Positions 18,277-28,297 are shown, numbered from the stretch's first letter. The stretch: DNA of 40,444 nucleotides from an uncultured Candidatus Saccharibacteria bacterium (GCA_964388895.1 CAYMCB010000001.1:1-40444), one strand, 5' to 3'. Made by a program: numbers and translations. Notes: a model not told the origin generated them from the sequence alone.

Positions 18277-19569
18277 CTAAGGAACGAGTCTCTTTACGTC
18301 TCGAGGGAATAAAATCGCTTCTTTGACACTGGATAAATTCAAAAGTTGCTGAATAAGTCTTTCTGAACCCATTCCCCAACCACCATGAGGCGGCATAGCA
18401 AACTTAAAAACTTCAAGATAATACTCCATACCATCAGGCTTAACCCCTTTTTTCTTCATATTTTCCAAAAGCTGCTGGTAGTTATGAATCCTCTGACTGC
18501 CAGTAACTAATTCTACTCCTTTATAAATTAAATCAAAACTATAAGTTTCTTCTGTGTTATCTGCACAAGGCAAAGTATAGAAAGGCCGCATTTCCCAAGG
18601 ATAATGCGTTAGAAAAACAAAATCAGAATTATATTCTTCTTTGGCCCAACGTCCAGCTAATCTTTCTCCCTCAGGATCAATATCTGTATCATCAGGAATT
18701 TCATAATGATATTTCTTTTTAATAATTTCTTTTATATCTTTTAATTTAATAGTTGGAATATTTTCCGGTATTGGTAAAACTTGCGCCTGCCACTCGGCAA
18801 GATATTCTTGTCCTTCTTGAAGCAAAAAACCAAAAATTTCAACTAACACCTTATTTAGCATTTTCATTACATCAGAGAAATCTTTAATAAAACCCATTTC
18901 TGCATCTAAAGAAATATATTCATTGACATGACGGGTAGTAAAATGGGGCTCTGCTCGAAAAACTGGCCCGATTTCAAAAACTCGTTCAAAAACACCTACC
19001 ATAATTTGCTTGTAAAACTGAGGGCTTTGGGCCAAAAAGGCATTCTGATCAAAATATTTGATTTTAAAAAAATTAGCGCCACCCTCAGAAGCTGCTCCTA
19101 AAATTTTAGGAGTTTTAATCTCTGTAAAACCCTCGCGGCGCATAGTATAAGCGTAAGCCTCCAGTAAAAGAGCGTAAAGCTTAAAAATTGCCTGGATTTT
19201 AGGATGACGCAGCGATAAAACTCGCCAATCAAATAAAGTATTAAGTTGTAATTTTAAATTCTTTTTAGATAAGTCGAAAGGCAAATCCTGGCAACTAGTT
19301 GCTATTATTTTTATGTTCTCCCCTATAATTTCCCATCCGCCCCTGGCGCGTTCATCAAACCGCGGTTGCCCTAAAATTTCTACTAAATCCCCTGTTTTCA
19401 CTTTAATTTTTGTTTCCCAAACAGTTTGAATTTGCCCTGAATAATCCTGCATCAAGACAAAAATAACATTCCCTAAAGACCGAACATTTATAACCCTACC
19501 CTGCAGCATAACTTTCTGCCCGGCTTTTTGACTAACGTCTTTAATTAAAATTCTAATTAAGTCTGACAT
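18277..19569 (-). CDS. aspS: Aspartate--tRNA ligase, archaeal/eukaryal type (class IIb, 430 aa), possibly non-discriminating
   Basis: N-terminal OB fold, then LAQSPQFYKQ, FRAEPHFTTRHVNEYISLDAEM and GGWGMGSERL. QSPQxYKQ favours AspRS over AsnRS. Confidence 0.8.
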   Translation of the reverse strand: MSDLIRILIKDVSQKAGQKVMLQGRVINVRSLGNVIFVLMQDYSGQIQTVWETKIKVKTGDLVEILGQPRFDERARGGWEIIGENIKIIATSCQDLPFDLSKKNLKLQLNTLFDWRVLSLRHPKIQAIFKLYALLLEAYAYTMRREGFTEIKTPKILGAASEGGANFFKIKYFDQNAFLAQSPQFYKQIMVGVFERVFEIGPVFRAEPHFTTRHVNEYISLDAEMGFIKDFSDVMKMLNKVLVEIFGFLLQEGQEYLAEWQAQVLPIPENIPTIKLKDIKEIIKKKYHYEIPDDTDIDPEGERLAGRWAKEEYNSDFVFLTHYPWEMRPFYTLPCADNTEETYSFDLIYKGVELVTGSQRIHNYQQLLENMKKKGVKPDGMEYYLEVFKFAMPPHGGWGMGSERLIQQLLNLSSVKEAILFPRDVKRLVP

Positions 19570-19627
19570 GATTTTCTCAATTATTATTATTTAAAAAATA
19601 ACATAAATTTCGCAAACTTCAAATAGT

Positions 19628-19656
19628 TTGATTTTTTTTAAAAAAAATGGTATAAA
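19628..19656 (+). promoter_or_regulatory. Sigma-70-type promoter upstream of plsC (TTGATT-17 nt-TATAAA)
   Basis: TTGATT at 19628..19633 and TATAAA at 19651..19656, 50 nt upstream of the GTG start. Confidence 0.4.
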
Positions 19657-19705
19657 TAAAAAATAATACTAGATAATCTACCTAATTAATTTAATAATCC
19701 TCGCT

Positions 19706-20359
19706 GTGCCAAACAAGTTATCTTTAGCTTATTTTACCCAAGCTATTTGCTGGCTTATTTTGAAACCGGCTCTATTATTTTTTGCTCGTTTTAAAATTTT
19801 CAACAAAAAAAACTTAAGGAATCTAAAACCGCCGCTAATTATTGTTTGCAACCATCAAAGTTTTTTTGATCCGTTGTTTTTAGGAAATGCCCTGCCTCTT
19901 TTTTCTCCTTTGATGCCACTAAGATTTATGGCTAAAGATATTCTTTTTCGCCATTTCTCTTTCAGGATTTATGCTTATCTTTCTGGCACTTTTCCTACTA
20001 AAAAACACCAAGGGCTTGAAGTTTCCCTAGAAAAACCCTTAAAAATTTTAAGGAAGAAAGGTACGATAGTTATTTTCCCTGAAGGATCGGTAATGAAAGA
20101 AGACCGTGTAGTCTGCGAGCAAGGACGTAAAGGGGCAGCAGCACTTGCTTGTTTTGGCAACTATCCCATTTTACCCATTGCTATCCGAGGCGCCTTAAAC
20201 TCTAAATTAAAAGATTTTTTCTTACGTCGCCATCAAATCAGATTAAACATCGGAAAGCCATTTTATTTAAATTGCCCCTTTTCTTCTTTCAGTGCTGACT
20301 ATCAAGAGCAAACAAAACAAATTATGAATAAAATTAAAGAACTATACGACTCGCTATAA
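19706..20359 (+). CDS. plsC: 1-acyl-sn-glycerol-3-phosphate acyltransferase family (PlsC-like), GTG start
   Basis: HX4D motif (CNHQSFFDP), FPEGS motif, hydrophobic N-terminus. Confidence 0.8.
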   Translation: MPNKLSLAYFTQAICWLILKPALLFFARFKIFNKKNLRNLKPPLIIVCNHQSFFDPLFLGNALPLFSPLMPLRFMAKDILFRHFSFRIYAYLSGTFPTKKHQGLEVSLEKPLKILRKKGTIVIFPEGSVMKEDRVVCEQGRKGAAALACFGNYPILPIAIRGALNSKLKDFFLRRHQIRLNIGKPFYLNCPFSSFSADYQEQTKQIMNKIKELYDSL

Positions 20360-20377
20360 ATTCTGATTAATAGAAAT

Positions 20378-20713
20378 TTAATCTGCCTGCTTCTTTTCTT
20401 TCTGCAAAATAAAAGGGCGACTCGCCAATTTTAAAATAGCTTCAAAATTATCATTTTTGGCCGCTTTGACACGATGTCGAAAACCACACTTTTGGCATTG
20501 ATAATAAATGATTATTTTTTCTGACTTTATTTCGGCGGCAAAAGGCTCCATCAACCCTCCGCACGTAGCTCTCCGATCACCAGGATTTTCATCTAAATGT
20601 TTTGAAAAAAGGCATTGAGGGCAATGATCAGTAAAACCATTGCCCTTAACTTTTCCCCCACAAACAATACAAGTAAAATTTTCTATTTTACGTTGAAATT
20701 TTCTGTTTTTCAT
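20378..20713 (-). CDS. RNHCP-domain zinc-ribbon protein (function unknown)
   Basis: CIVCGGKV...FTDHCPQCLFSKHLD...CGGLMEP...YQCQKCGF matches my recollection of the RNHCP-domain pattern (x-x-HCPxCLxSxHxD). Confidence 0.55.
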   Translation of the reverse strand: MKNRKFQRKIENFTCIVCGGKVKGNGFTDHCPQCLFSKHLDENPGDRRATCGGLMEPFAAEIKSEKIIIYYQCQKCGFRHRVKAAKNDNFEAILKLASRPFILQKEKKQAD

Positions 20714-20760
20714 ATCAAAGCCAATTTGCCAAAATAATACCCTTAGATTATATTAAAAAC

Positions 20761-21999
20761 ATGAGACAATCAACTCTCTTTGGCAAAACTAAACGTGAAA
20801 ATCCTCGTGATGAAGAAAGCCAAAATGCTATTTTACTAATACGCGCTGGCTTTATCGACAAATTAGGGGCCGGGATTTATAGTTTCTTGCCTCTAGGATT
20901 ACTTGTTTTAAGAAAAATAGAAAACATTGTTCGAGAAGAAATTAAAGCTATTGGCGGGCAAGAAATTTTAATGCCGGCGCTACATCCTAAAGAAAATTGG
21001 GAGAAGACCAACCGTTGGGCTCATTTTGACGCCCTTTTTAAATTAAAAGGCTACGGAGAAAAAGATTATGCGCTGGGGGCAACTCACGAAGAGATCGTCT
21101 CCCCTTTAGCAACAAAATTTGTTTTTTCCTATAAAGATTTACCTTTTTATCTTTTTCAAATCCAAACTAAATTTCGTAACGAGCCACGGGCTAAATCTGG
21201 CTTATTAAGATGCCGCGAATTCCTAATGAAAGATCTTTATTCTTTTCATACCGACAATGCTGATTTAGACAACTACTATGAAAAAGTTATCATAGCTTAC
21301 AAAAATATTTTTAAAAAATGCGGCCTAGAAAAAAATACCTATTTGACTTTAGCATCGGGCGGATCTTTTTCTAAATATTCTCATGAATTTCAAACTATTA
21401 GCCAAGCTGGCGAAGACACAATTTATATCTGCCAAAAATGTCACCTAGCCATTAATAAAGAAATAAAAGAAGAAAATCCTTTCTGTCCTCAATGCCAAGG
21501 AAAAGATTTTAAAGAAACCTCAGCCATAGAAGTTGGCAATATTTTTAAACTAGGAACAAAATATTCTGCCCCTTTCGACTTAAAATACAAAGATGAAAAA
21601 GGAGAAGAAAAAACCGTTATTATGGGCTGTTATGGCTTAGGCCCTACTCGCCTGATAGGTGCCGTAGCTGAAATTTTCCATGACGATAGAGGCCTTATCT
21701 GGCCAGAAAATATAGCGCCTTTTAAATATCATCTGCTAGTCTTAGGTGAGAATGAAAAAATCCAAAAAGAAGCTGACAAATTTTATGAAAAAATGATAGC
21801 TCTTGGTCAAAAAGTTTTATATGATGACCGAAAAATCTCCATTGGAGAAAAATTTGCTGACGCTGATTTAATTGGTTTGCCTTATCGCCTAGTTATATCA
21901 GAAAAGACTCTGCAACAAAAATCACTAGAGATTAAAAAACGCCACGAGCAAAAAACTGAACTAATAAAATTAAACCGAGCGATAAATAAACTAAAATAA
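20761..21999 (+). CDS. proS: Proline--tRNA ligase, bacterial-type catalytic core without the INS editing domain; carries a Cys4 insertion
   Basis: MRQSTLFGKTKRENPRDEESQNAILLIRAGFI...GIYSFLPLG, motif 2 FRNEPRAKSGLLRCREFLMKD, motif 3 GCYGLGPTRL, anticodon-binding C-terminus. Confidence 0.9.
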   Translation: MRQSTLFGKTKRENPRDEESQNAILLIRAGFIDKLGAGIYSFLPLGLLVLRKIENIVREEIKAIGGQEILMPALHPKENWEKTNRWAHFDALFKLKGYGEKDYALGATHEEIVSPLATKFVFSYKDLPFYLFQIQTKFRNEPRAKSGLLRCREFLMKDLYSFHTDNADLDNYYEKVIIAYKNIFKKCGLEKNTYLTLASGGSFSKYSHEFQTISQAGEDTIYICQKCHLAINKEIKEENPFCPQCQGKDFKETSAIEVGNIFKLGTKYSAPFDLKYKDEKGEEKTVIMGCYGLGPTRLIGAVAEIFHDDRGLIWPENIAPFKYHLLVLGENEKIQKEADKFYEKMIALGQKVLYDDRKISIGEKFADADLIGLPYRLVISEKTLQQKSLEIKKRHEQKTELIKLNRAINKLK

Positions 22000-22054
22000 T
22001 TTCTAAAAAATAATCTTAAAAAATAAAAGAGGTTTTTATTTTCTCTTCTAAAAA

Positions 22055-22615
22055 TCAATTTAGCTGACTTAAAAATTTAAAAGAATCAAGTTTTTTTCCC
22101 GCAAGAGTCTGAAGATAAGCCAAGCGCTGAGCGGATTGATTTTTCCCAAACCGGGAAAAAGAAGAATATCCTAAAAATTCTACTAATTTATCTTCAAAAA
22201 CTAAACGAATGTTAGAAAAGTCTTTTCTTGGTTGATTTAAAACTTCAAAAGCCCAGCAAACCAACCGCCAAATATTTTGGTCAGCTTCTGGAGCTACCAC
22301 TAATTTATCTATAAGCTCTGAAAAATAAAACGCATAAGCTAAGCTTTTCAAATTCACCCGCAAAAATCGATAACTATCTTTTACTTCTAAATCAGTAACG
22401 ATATCTATTGTTTTGCTTTTCGCCAATAAAAAACGACCGCGAACAAAATATTGAAGATATCCTTTCAGTTTTGCTTCTGGCTTACGTACTGAAATTGCTC
22501 GCGCCTGAATTTTACCATAACCTTGACTGTAAATAGTCAATAGCCGATCCAGCTCTCCCAGATCGGCTATTTTTAAAATTATGCCTTCGGTTTTATAAAC
22601 AGGAAGCTTATTCAC
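22055..22615 (-). CDS. recO: DNA repair/recombination protein RecO (short form, 186 aa)
   Basis: N-terminal OB-fold pattern TEGIILKIADLGELDRLLTIYSQGYGKIQARA. Overlaps the ileS stop by 4 nt. Confidence 0.7.
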   Translation of the reverse strand: MNKLPVYKTEGIILKIADLGELDRLLTIYSQGYGKIQARAISVRKPEAKLKGYLQYFVRGRFLLAKSKTIDIVTDLEVKDSYRFLRVNLKSLAYAFYFSELIDKLVVAPEADQNIWRLVCWAFEVLNQPRKDFSNIRLVFEDKLVEFLGYSSFSRFGKNQSAQRLAYLQTLAGKKLDSFKFLSQLN

Positions 22616-25482
22616 CGCTTCTTTATTCTTTTACTTTTTAAACTGATAGCCAGCTTTATCTTACCATCTGATACTAATAATATTTTTTCCAACAGATACT
22701 TTTTATTTTTATCATAAGGGAAAATACCTTCTGCCAAGCTCTCTACTTTAATATATTGATTAAATTTCGAAAAAACATCTTGGCTAAAATTACTCTCAGC
22801 AGCAAAAAAAACAAAAATATAGTCACTGCGAGTCAAACCTGCCTCTTTCCTCATCTCTTGCAAATGGCGGACGATATCTCGCGCCAGACCTTCGGCTTTT
22901 AATTCTGGAGTAAGATTTATGTCCAACTCAACTTCTTGAGTTAATCTTTTTTCAAAAATTATTTCTTTAACATTAACTTCTTCTTTGACCAATTCAGCAA
23001 AATCCTTTTCAAAATAGATAGAACTTTTCAAAGCTGCCAAAGGCTGTCTAATTTTAAGACCAGCGCTAGCGCGCTGAGCTAAAGCTAAAGCTACAATTTC
23101 ACGCAATTTTACCATCTTTTCTTCTAAAGTATTATTGATTAATTTTTTATCTGCTTCTGGCCAATCGCATAAATGAACAGATTCGGGCATTTTAGGCTTT
23201 TTTAAACTTAAGTAAATTTCCTCGGCTAAAAAAGGAATAAAAGGCGCTGATAGCTTTGCTAAAGTTAAAAGCACTTGATATAAAGTTTGGGCCGCTTCAT
23301 TTTTTTCATTTCTACTCTCTGGCTTCTGAAACCTTCGGCGAGAACGACGAACATACCAATTAGACAAATCTTCAACAAAAGAAATCAAAGGCCGCCCACC
23401 CTCAGTTAAATCAAAATCATTTAAAGATGCTGACATTCTTAAAATTGTGTTATGCAGACGAGAAAAAATCCAACGATCTAAGATATGTTCTGGTTTAAAA
23501 TTTTTATTAGGCTTAAAAGATTTTTCGGTATAAGTTTTAAAAAAAACTAAAGTATTCCAAAGAGTAGAAATGGTTTGCCGAAAAGTTTCTTCAATTCTTT
23601 TATCTGAAACTAAATAATCTTCGCCAATGGGCGTCGAAGTTAAAAGGAAAAAACGCAAAGTATCAGCGCCAAACTTTTCAATAATATTTTCAGGCGGAGT
23701 ATAATTTCTTAAGCTCTTGGAAAGTTTTTTACCATCAGGCGCCAAAAGCAGTCCGTTGACAATAGCATTTTTAAAAGCAGGCTTATTTAATCCCAGCCCT
23801 ATATCTTCTTTTGTCAAAGCAGCCGCTAAAACATGCAAAGTATAAAACCATCCTCGAGTCTGATCCATACCTTCAGCGATAAAATCTGCAGGAAAAGTTT
23901 CTTCTACTAATTTCTTATTTTCAAAAGGATAATGCCACTGAGCATAAGGCATAGACCCTGATTCAAACCAACAATCAAAAACTTCTTCCGTGCGCTGCAT
24001 CTGCCCGCCACATTTTGAACATTTAATTTTTATTTCATCAATATAAGGCCGGTGGGGGTTAGAAATTTTTTTACCTAGTTCTTTAAAAGAACCAAAAACT
24101 TGTATCTGTGAACATTTTTGACAAATCCAAATAGGGATTGGCGCCCCCCAGAAACGGTTACGAGAAACAGCCCAATCTTTTGCGCCTTCAAGCCATTTAC
24201 CAAAACGACCTTCTTTTACATGACTTGGGACCCAATGAATTTGTTTATTATTGCTAATTAAATCTTCTTTAATTTTACTAACAGTAATATACCAAGTGTT
24301 TAAAGGATAATAAAGCAAAGGTGTGCCGCATCGCCAACAAAAAGGATAGGCGTGAGTAATTTTCTCCTCCCGGAAAATAAGATGACGTTTTTTTAAATCA
24401 TCTTTAATAAATTCATCTGCTTCCTTTACGAATTTACCCTCCCCAGGCAAATTAAAACCTTTTTTAATCTTGCCTTCAAAATCAACAGTAATTATGGAGG
24501 GTAAATTTTCTTTCTGTCCAAGCTCCATGTCTTCTATACCAAAAGAAGGAGCAATATGAACTAAACCAGTACCCTCTTCAACTGAGACGAAATCCGCTGC
24601 CACTACTCGCCAAGCCGGTTTATCAAGTTTCATTTCATAAAGAGGCTCATATTCCCGACCTAAAAGCGCTCCTCCTAAAAATTCGCTCTCGATTTCTGCT
24701 TCTTCGCCTAAAATATTTATTCGATCTTTCGCTAAAATATATTTTTCTTCACCAACCCTTACTCTAACGTAACTTATATTTTCACCCACAGCTAAAGCTG
24801 TATTAGCTGGTAATGTCCAAGGGGTAGTCGTCCAAACTAAAAAGAATGTTCCTTTTTCTCCCCGAATAGGAAACTTCAAATAGACGGACTGATCTTCAAC
24901 TTCTCGATAGGCATCAGGCTGATTAAGTTCAAAATTAGAAAGAGGCGTACCGCATCTTGGGCAATAAGGTGTAACTCGAAAAGCCTGATAAACTAATCCT
25001 AAATCATATAATTTTTTAAAAACCCACCAGACAGATTCAATATATTCTTTATCCATGGTCGCATAAGCATTACTATAATCTGCCCAACGCCCAACGCGAC
25101 GTAAAGTCATTACCCAATCTTTTATGCATCGAAAAACTGAAGACTGGCAAGCTTGATTAAATTTTTTGATACCAATTTTTTCAATTTCCTTTTTTGACTT
25201 AAGACCCAATTCTTTCTCTATCAAATTTTCCACTGGCAAACCATGGCAATCCCAGCCTACACGCCGCTCCACAAAAAACCCACGCATAGTAAAATAACGT
25301 GTCACCGCGTCTTTTATAGTGGTGGCTAAAATATGACCATAATGAGGGAGCCCAGTAGCAAAAGGCGGCCCATCATAAAAAGTAAAAAAACGCCCGCCTT
25401 TACGCTGGTTAATTGATTTTTTAAATATTTTTTTCTTTTCCCAGAAATTGAGAATTTTTTCTTCTATTTGAGGCAAATTCAT
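22612..25482 (-). CDS. ileS: Isoleucine--tRNA ligase, type 2 (eukaryote-like)
   Basis: FTFYDGPPFATGLPHYGHIL (HIGH), CP1 editing WTTTPWTLPAN, KLSKS in GKKLSKSLRNY, Cys clusters CPRCGT and CQKC...CSKCGG. Confidence 0.95.
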   Translation of the reverse strand: MNLPQIEEKILNFWEKKKIFKKSINQRKGGRFFTFYDGPPFATGLPHYGHILATTIKDAVTRYFTMRGFFVERRVGWDCHGLPVENLIEKELGLKSKKEIEKIGIKKFNQACQSSVFRCIKDWVMTLRRVGRWADYSNAYATMDKEYIESVWWVFKKLYDLGLVYQAFRVTPYCPRCGTPLSNFELNQPDAYREVEDQSVYLKFPIRGEKGTFFLVWTTTPWTLPANTALAVGENISYVRVRVGEEKYILAKDRINILGEEAEIESEFLGGALLGREYEPLYEMKLDKPAWRVVAADFVSVEEGTGLVHIAPSFGIEDMELGQKENLPSIITVDFEGKIKKGFNLPGEGKFVKEADEFIKDDLKKRHLIFREEKITHAYPFCWRCGTPLLYYPLNTWYITVSKIKEDLISNNKQIHWVPSHVKEGRFGKWLEGAKDWAVSRNRFWGAPIPIWICQKCSQIQVFGSFKELGKKISNPHRPYIDEIKIKCSKCGGQMQRTEEVFDCWFESGSMPYAQWHYPFENKKLVEETFPADFIAEGMDQTRGWFYTLHVLAAALTKEDIGLGLNKPAFKNAIVNGLLLAPDGKKLSKSLRNYTPPENIIEKFGADTLRFFLLTSTPIGEDYLVSDKRIEETFRQTISTLWNTLVFFKTYTEKSFKPNKNFKPEHILDRWIFSRLHNTILRMSASLNDFDLTEGGRPLISFVEDLSNWYVRRSRRRFQKPESRNEKNEAAQTLYQVLLTLAKLSAPFIPFLAEEIYLSLKKPKMPESVHLCDWPEADKKLINNTLEEKMVKLREIVALALAQRASAGLKIRQPLAALKSSIYFEKDFAELVKEEVNVKEIIFEKRLTQEVELDINLTPELKAEGLARDIVRHLQEMRKEAGLTRSDYIFVFFAAESNFSQDVFSKFNQYIKVESLAEGIFPYDKNKKYLLEKILLVSDGKIKLAISLKSKRIKKR

Positions 25483-25571
25483 AAAATTTCACCTTTACCA
25501 TAACAAAAATTTTTCCAAACGTCAAAATTATTCTTTTTGTAAAACTATTTAAAAATTCTCCTGCCAAAATA

Positions 25572-27182
25572 TTATCGAGCACTAAAATAAGCTTTCAGAT
25601 AATAATCTACCGCCCTTTCGTCTCCTTGGTAAAATTCTCTCAACCATTTTTTTGCTTCTTCGATATTATTTTCAGACAAAGCCAACAACGCTAAATTTTC
25701 ATAAGCGCCGTAAAAAGGGAATCGATAACTTAAAGCGCGCAAAAAAAGCTCTCTGGCTTTCTGGTAATCCCCTTCTCTCCAATAAACTAATCCTAAATTA
25801 TTTACGCCTTTAGGATAGTCTGGATAAATCTCCTGAGCAGCTAAAAGCCATTTTTTAGCGTTGGCTAAATCTCCTTCCAAATAATAAACAGCACCTAAAT
25901 TAGAAAGCGATAAAACGCTATTTGGCGCACATCGAGCCGCTGATTCAAAAAGCCGTTTTTCAGTCAGCCAATCAGCTGAGCGGTTCAAACTTAAAACACT
26001 ATAAAAAACTAAAATTATTATGGCAAAAATCCCAACCGACCAAAAACATATTTTTTGACTTTGGTATTTTTTTAAAAAATAGCTAAAAATCCAGCCTAAA
26101 AAAAGAGCCGCGCCCAAAGAAGCAAAATAAACAAGTCTTTCACCGGCAATTGTACCGATAGGAAAGAAAAAATTAGAAACCAAAAAGAAGCTTATAAGCC
26201 ACCAAAATCCGGCTAAAGATAAAATAGGCTGCCGCTTAAAATAAAAAATAATTATAAATATTATTCCTAAAACAATAATTAAACCTCCTAAAGTGCCGAA
26301 ATTAAACCAGCTTTTAACTATTGGAATCTGATTAAAAGAATAATCGGAGCAGAGATTAAAAGGCCAAAAAGTTTTTTTAAAATACATCAAAGTAATTTTC
26401 AAAGCCGTAGCCAGTCTAAAATTAGCGGTAGTAAATTTTAAAGGATTTTCCACTATGGTTGTTTCAACAGTAGAAAAATATTGATGCCCCAAAACTAAAA
26501 AGCGAGCGCCAAAATAAACCAAAAGAGAACTTAAAAAAGCCAAAAACGGGACTAAATAAATCTTAATTGTCTTTTGACAAAAAAAATTATTTTTTTCTTT
26601 CAAGTAGATAAAAAATAAAGCTAAAGGGAAAAGCACTACGGCTGTTTCCTTGGAGCCTAAAGCTAAAAGCGGCCATAGAAACAAAAAAACAAAACGTGGT
26701 CGCTCTGATAAAATCTCATTTAAAGCCAAAAGAGAAAAAAACAAAGCCAAAATTTCGGCCCGCCCAGTAATATTAGCCACTACTTCAGTATGTATCGGCA
26801 AAACCAAAAAAAATAGAGCGGCAAGATAACTTAAAATTTTTTGATTGAATAATTTACTAATTAAAACAAAAATTAAAAAGCAGCTTCCAAAATAAAATAA
26901 AAGATTTATTAAATGGAATCCCCAAGGATTACGGCCTAAAAGTAAGAAATTTAAAGAATAGCTAACTAAAGTTATTGGCCGATAAAGCCCGGCTTCTTCG
27001 GTCCAATAAGGCATGCTTAAAATCTTATGGAGCTTGCCAAAATCACCCAGTAACGCTTCGTGATCCAGAATACCGCGGTCGTCAAAAACAAAATCACCAA
27101 AAAGAGTCAAGCCATAAATTGAAAAAACTGCCAATAAACAAATTCCTAAAAATAACCAATCTTTTTTTGCTATCTTTTTCAT
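25572..27182 (-). CDS. Polytopic membrane glycosyltransferase-like protein (TMTC/PMT_2-like) with C-terminal TPR repeats
   Basis: The N-terminal GDFVFDDRGIL...YRPITLVSYSLNF...GFHLINLLFY pattern is typical of TMTC-type proteins. About 10 hydrophobic segments. The C-terminal third has TPR-like repeats (LGAVYYLEGDLANAKKW, LGLVYWREGDYQKAREL). Confidence 0.6.
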   Translation of the reverse strand: MKKIAKKDWLFLGICLLAVFSIYGLTLFGDFVFDDRGILDHEALLGDFGKLHKILSMPYWTEEAGLYRPITLVSYSLNFLLLGRNPWGFHLINLLFYFGSCFLIFVLISKLFNQKILSYLAALFFLVLPIHTEVVANITGRAEILALFFSLLALNEILSERPRFVFLFLWPLLALGSKETAVVLFPLALFFIYLKEKNNFFCQKTIKIYLVPFLAFLSSLLVYFGARFLVLGHQYFSTVETTIVENPLKFTTANFRLATALKITLMYFKKTFWPFNLCSDYSFNQIPIVKSWFNFGTLGGLIIVLGIIFIIIFYFKRQPILSLAGFWWLISFFLVSNFFFPIGTIAGERLVYFASLGAALFLGWIFSYFLKKYQSQKICFWSVGIFAIIILVFYSVLSLNRSADWLTEKRLFESAARCAPNSVLSLSNLGAVYYLEGDLANAKKWLLAAQEIYPDYPKGVNNLGLVYWREGDYQKARELFLRALSYRFPFYGAYENLALLALSENNIEEAKKWLREFYQGDERAVDYYLKAYFSAR

Positions 27183-27381
27183 AAAATTTATGGAAATTTA
27201 AACTTGCTTATTTCTTTTTTAAAATCTTTTTTGTTTTTCTTTTCAAGGTTTATAATTTACAAAATCTTATTTTTACAAAAAAGCTCCAAATTCATTATAA
27301 ATTCATTTCAAGAATGACCAAAATTTTCAAACTCTTAATTTATAAATCTATTATAGCTAATAGATTTTTTTGTTTCAAAAA

Positions 27382-27390
27382 TGATAAAAT
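27382..27390 (+). promoter_or_regulatory. Extended -10 element (TGaTAAAAT) ending 6 nt before the amrS ATG; implies a leaderless or near-leaderless mRNA
   Basis: TG at 27382..27383, TAAAAT at 27385..27390, ATG at 27397. No Shine-Dalgarno sequence in between. Confidence 0.35.
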
Positions 27391-27396
27391 ATCAAT

Positions 27397-28296
27397 ATGC
27401 TCAAAGAAGCTTATCTCTATCAGCAATTAGAAAATTTAGCTGTCCGCTGCCAAACTTGCGCTCATAATTGCTTTTTAAAAATAAACCAGGACGGGCTTTG
27501 CGGTGTAAGAAAAAACATCCAAGGCAAACTTTTTGTTCTAAATTATGGCCGAGCCGTGGCAGCAGCTATCGATCCGATAGAGAAGAAACCTCTATATCAT
27601 TTTATGCCAGGTACTTTTACTTTTTCCGTGGCTGCTGCTGGCTGTAACTTCCGTTGTCTAAACTGCCAAAACTGGGAAATTTCACAAGTGGCAAAAAACA
27701 AAAATTTAAAAAAAGCTGACATTGAAAAATTAGGTTATGATCTACCGCCAGAAAAGATAATAGAGGAAGCCATAAAAGCTCAATGCCCTAGCATTTCCTA
27801 CACTTACAGCGAACCTACTGTTTTTTTAGAATGGGCATTCGAAACCATGAAGATAGCTAAAGAAAAGGGGTTAAAAAATATCTGGGTCAGCAATGGCTTT
27901 ATGAGTCAAAAAACTCTCAATTTAATCTTGCCTTATCTTGACGCCGCTAATATTGATTTAAAATCTTTCGATGATAATTTTTATAGGAAAGTTTGCGGCG
28001 CTCAACTTGAGCCAGTCTTAAAAAATTTAAAATTTTTAAAAAAAGCCGGCATTCATCTAGAAATCACAACTTTAATTATCCCCTCTTTTTCTGACAATTT
28101 AAAAATGATTGAAAAAATTGCCTGTTTTATAAAATCAGAGCTAGGTGCAGAAACGCCTTGGCATCTTTCTCGCTTTTTCCCCGATATTTCTTTTTCCTTA
28201 AAAAATCTACCAGCTACGCCACTTGAAACATTAAAAAAAGCCAAACAAATCGGCTTAAAATTAGGATTAAAAAATATTTATCTTGGCAATATTTAA
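27397..28296 (+). CDS. amrS: AmmeMemoRadiSam system radical SAM enzyme (AmrS)
   Basis: CX3CX2C cluster (GCNFRCLNCQNWEIS). N-terminal Cys-rich VRCQTCAHNCFLKINQDGLCGVRKN typical of this PflA-like subfamily. Partner domains Memo and AMMECR1 are present in the same window. Confidence 0.8.
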   Translation: MLKEAYLYQQLENLAVRCQTCAHNCFLKINQDGLCGVRKNIQGKLFVLNYGRAVAAAIDPIEKKPLYHFMPGTFTFSVAAAGCNFRCLNCQNWEISQVAKNKNLKKADIEKLGYDLPPEKIIEEAIKAQCPSISYTYSEPTVFLEWAFETMKIAKEKGLKNIWVSNGFMSQKTLNLILPYLDAANIDLKSFDDNFYRKVCGAQLEPVLKNLKFLKKAGIHLEITTLIIPSFSDNLKMIEKIACFIKSELGAETPWHLSRFFPDISFSLKNLPATPLETLKKAKQIGLKLGLKNIYLGNI

Positions 28297-28297
28297 A

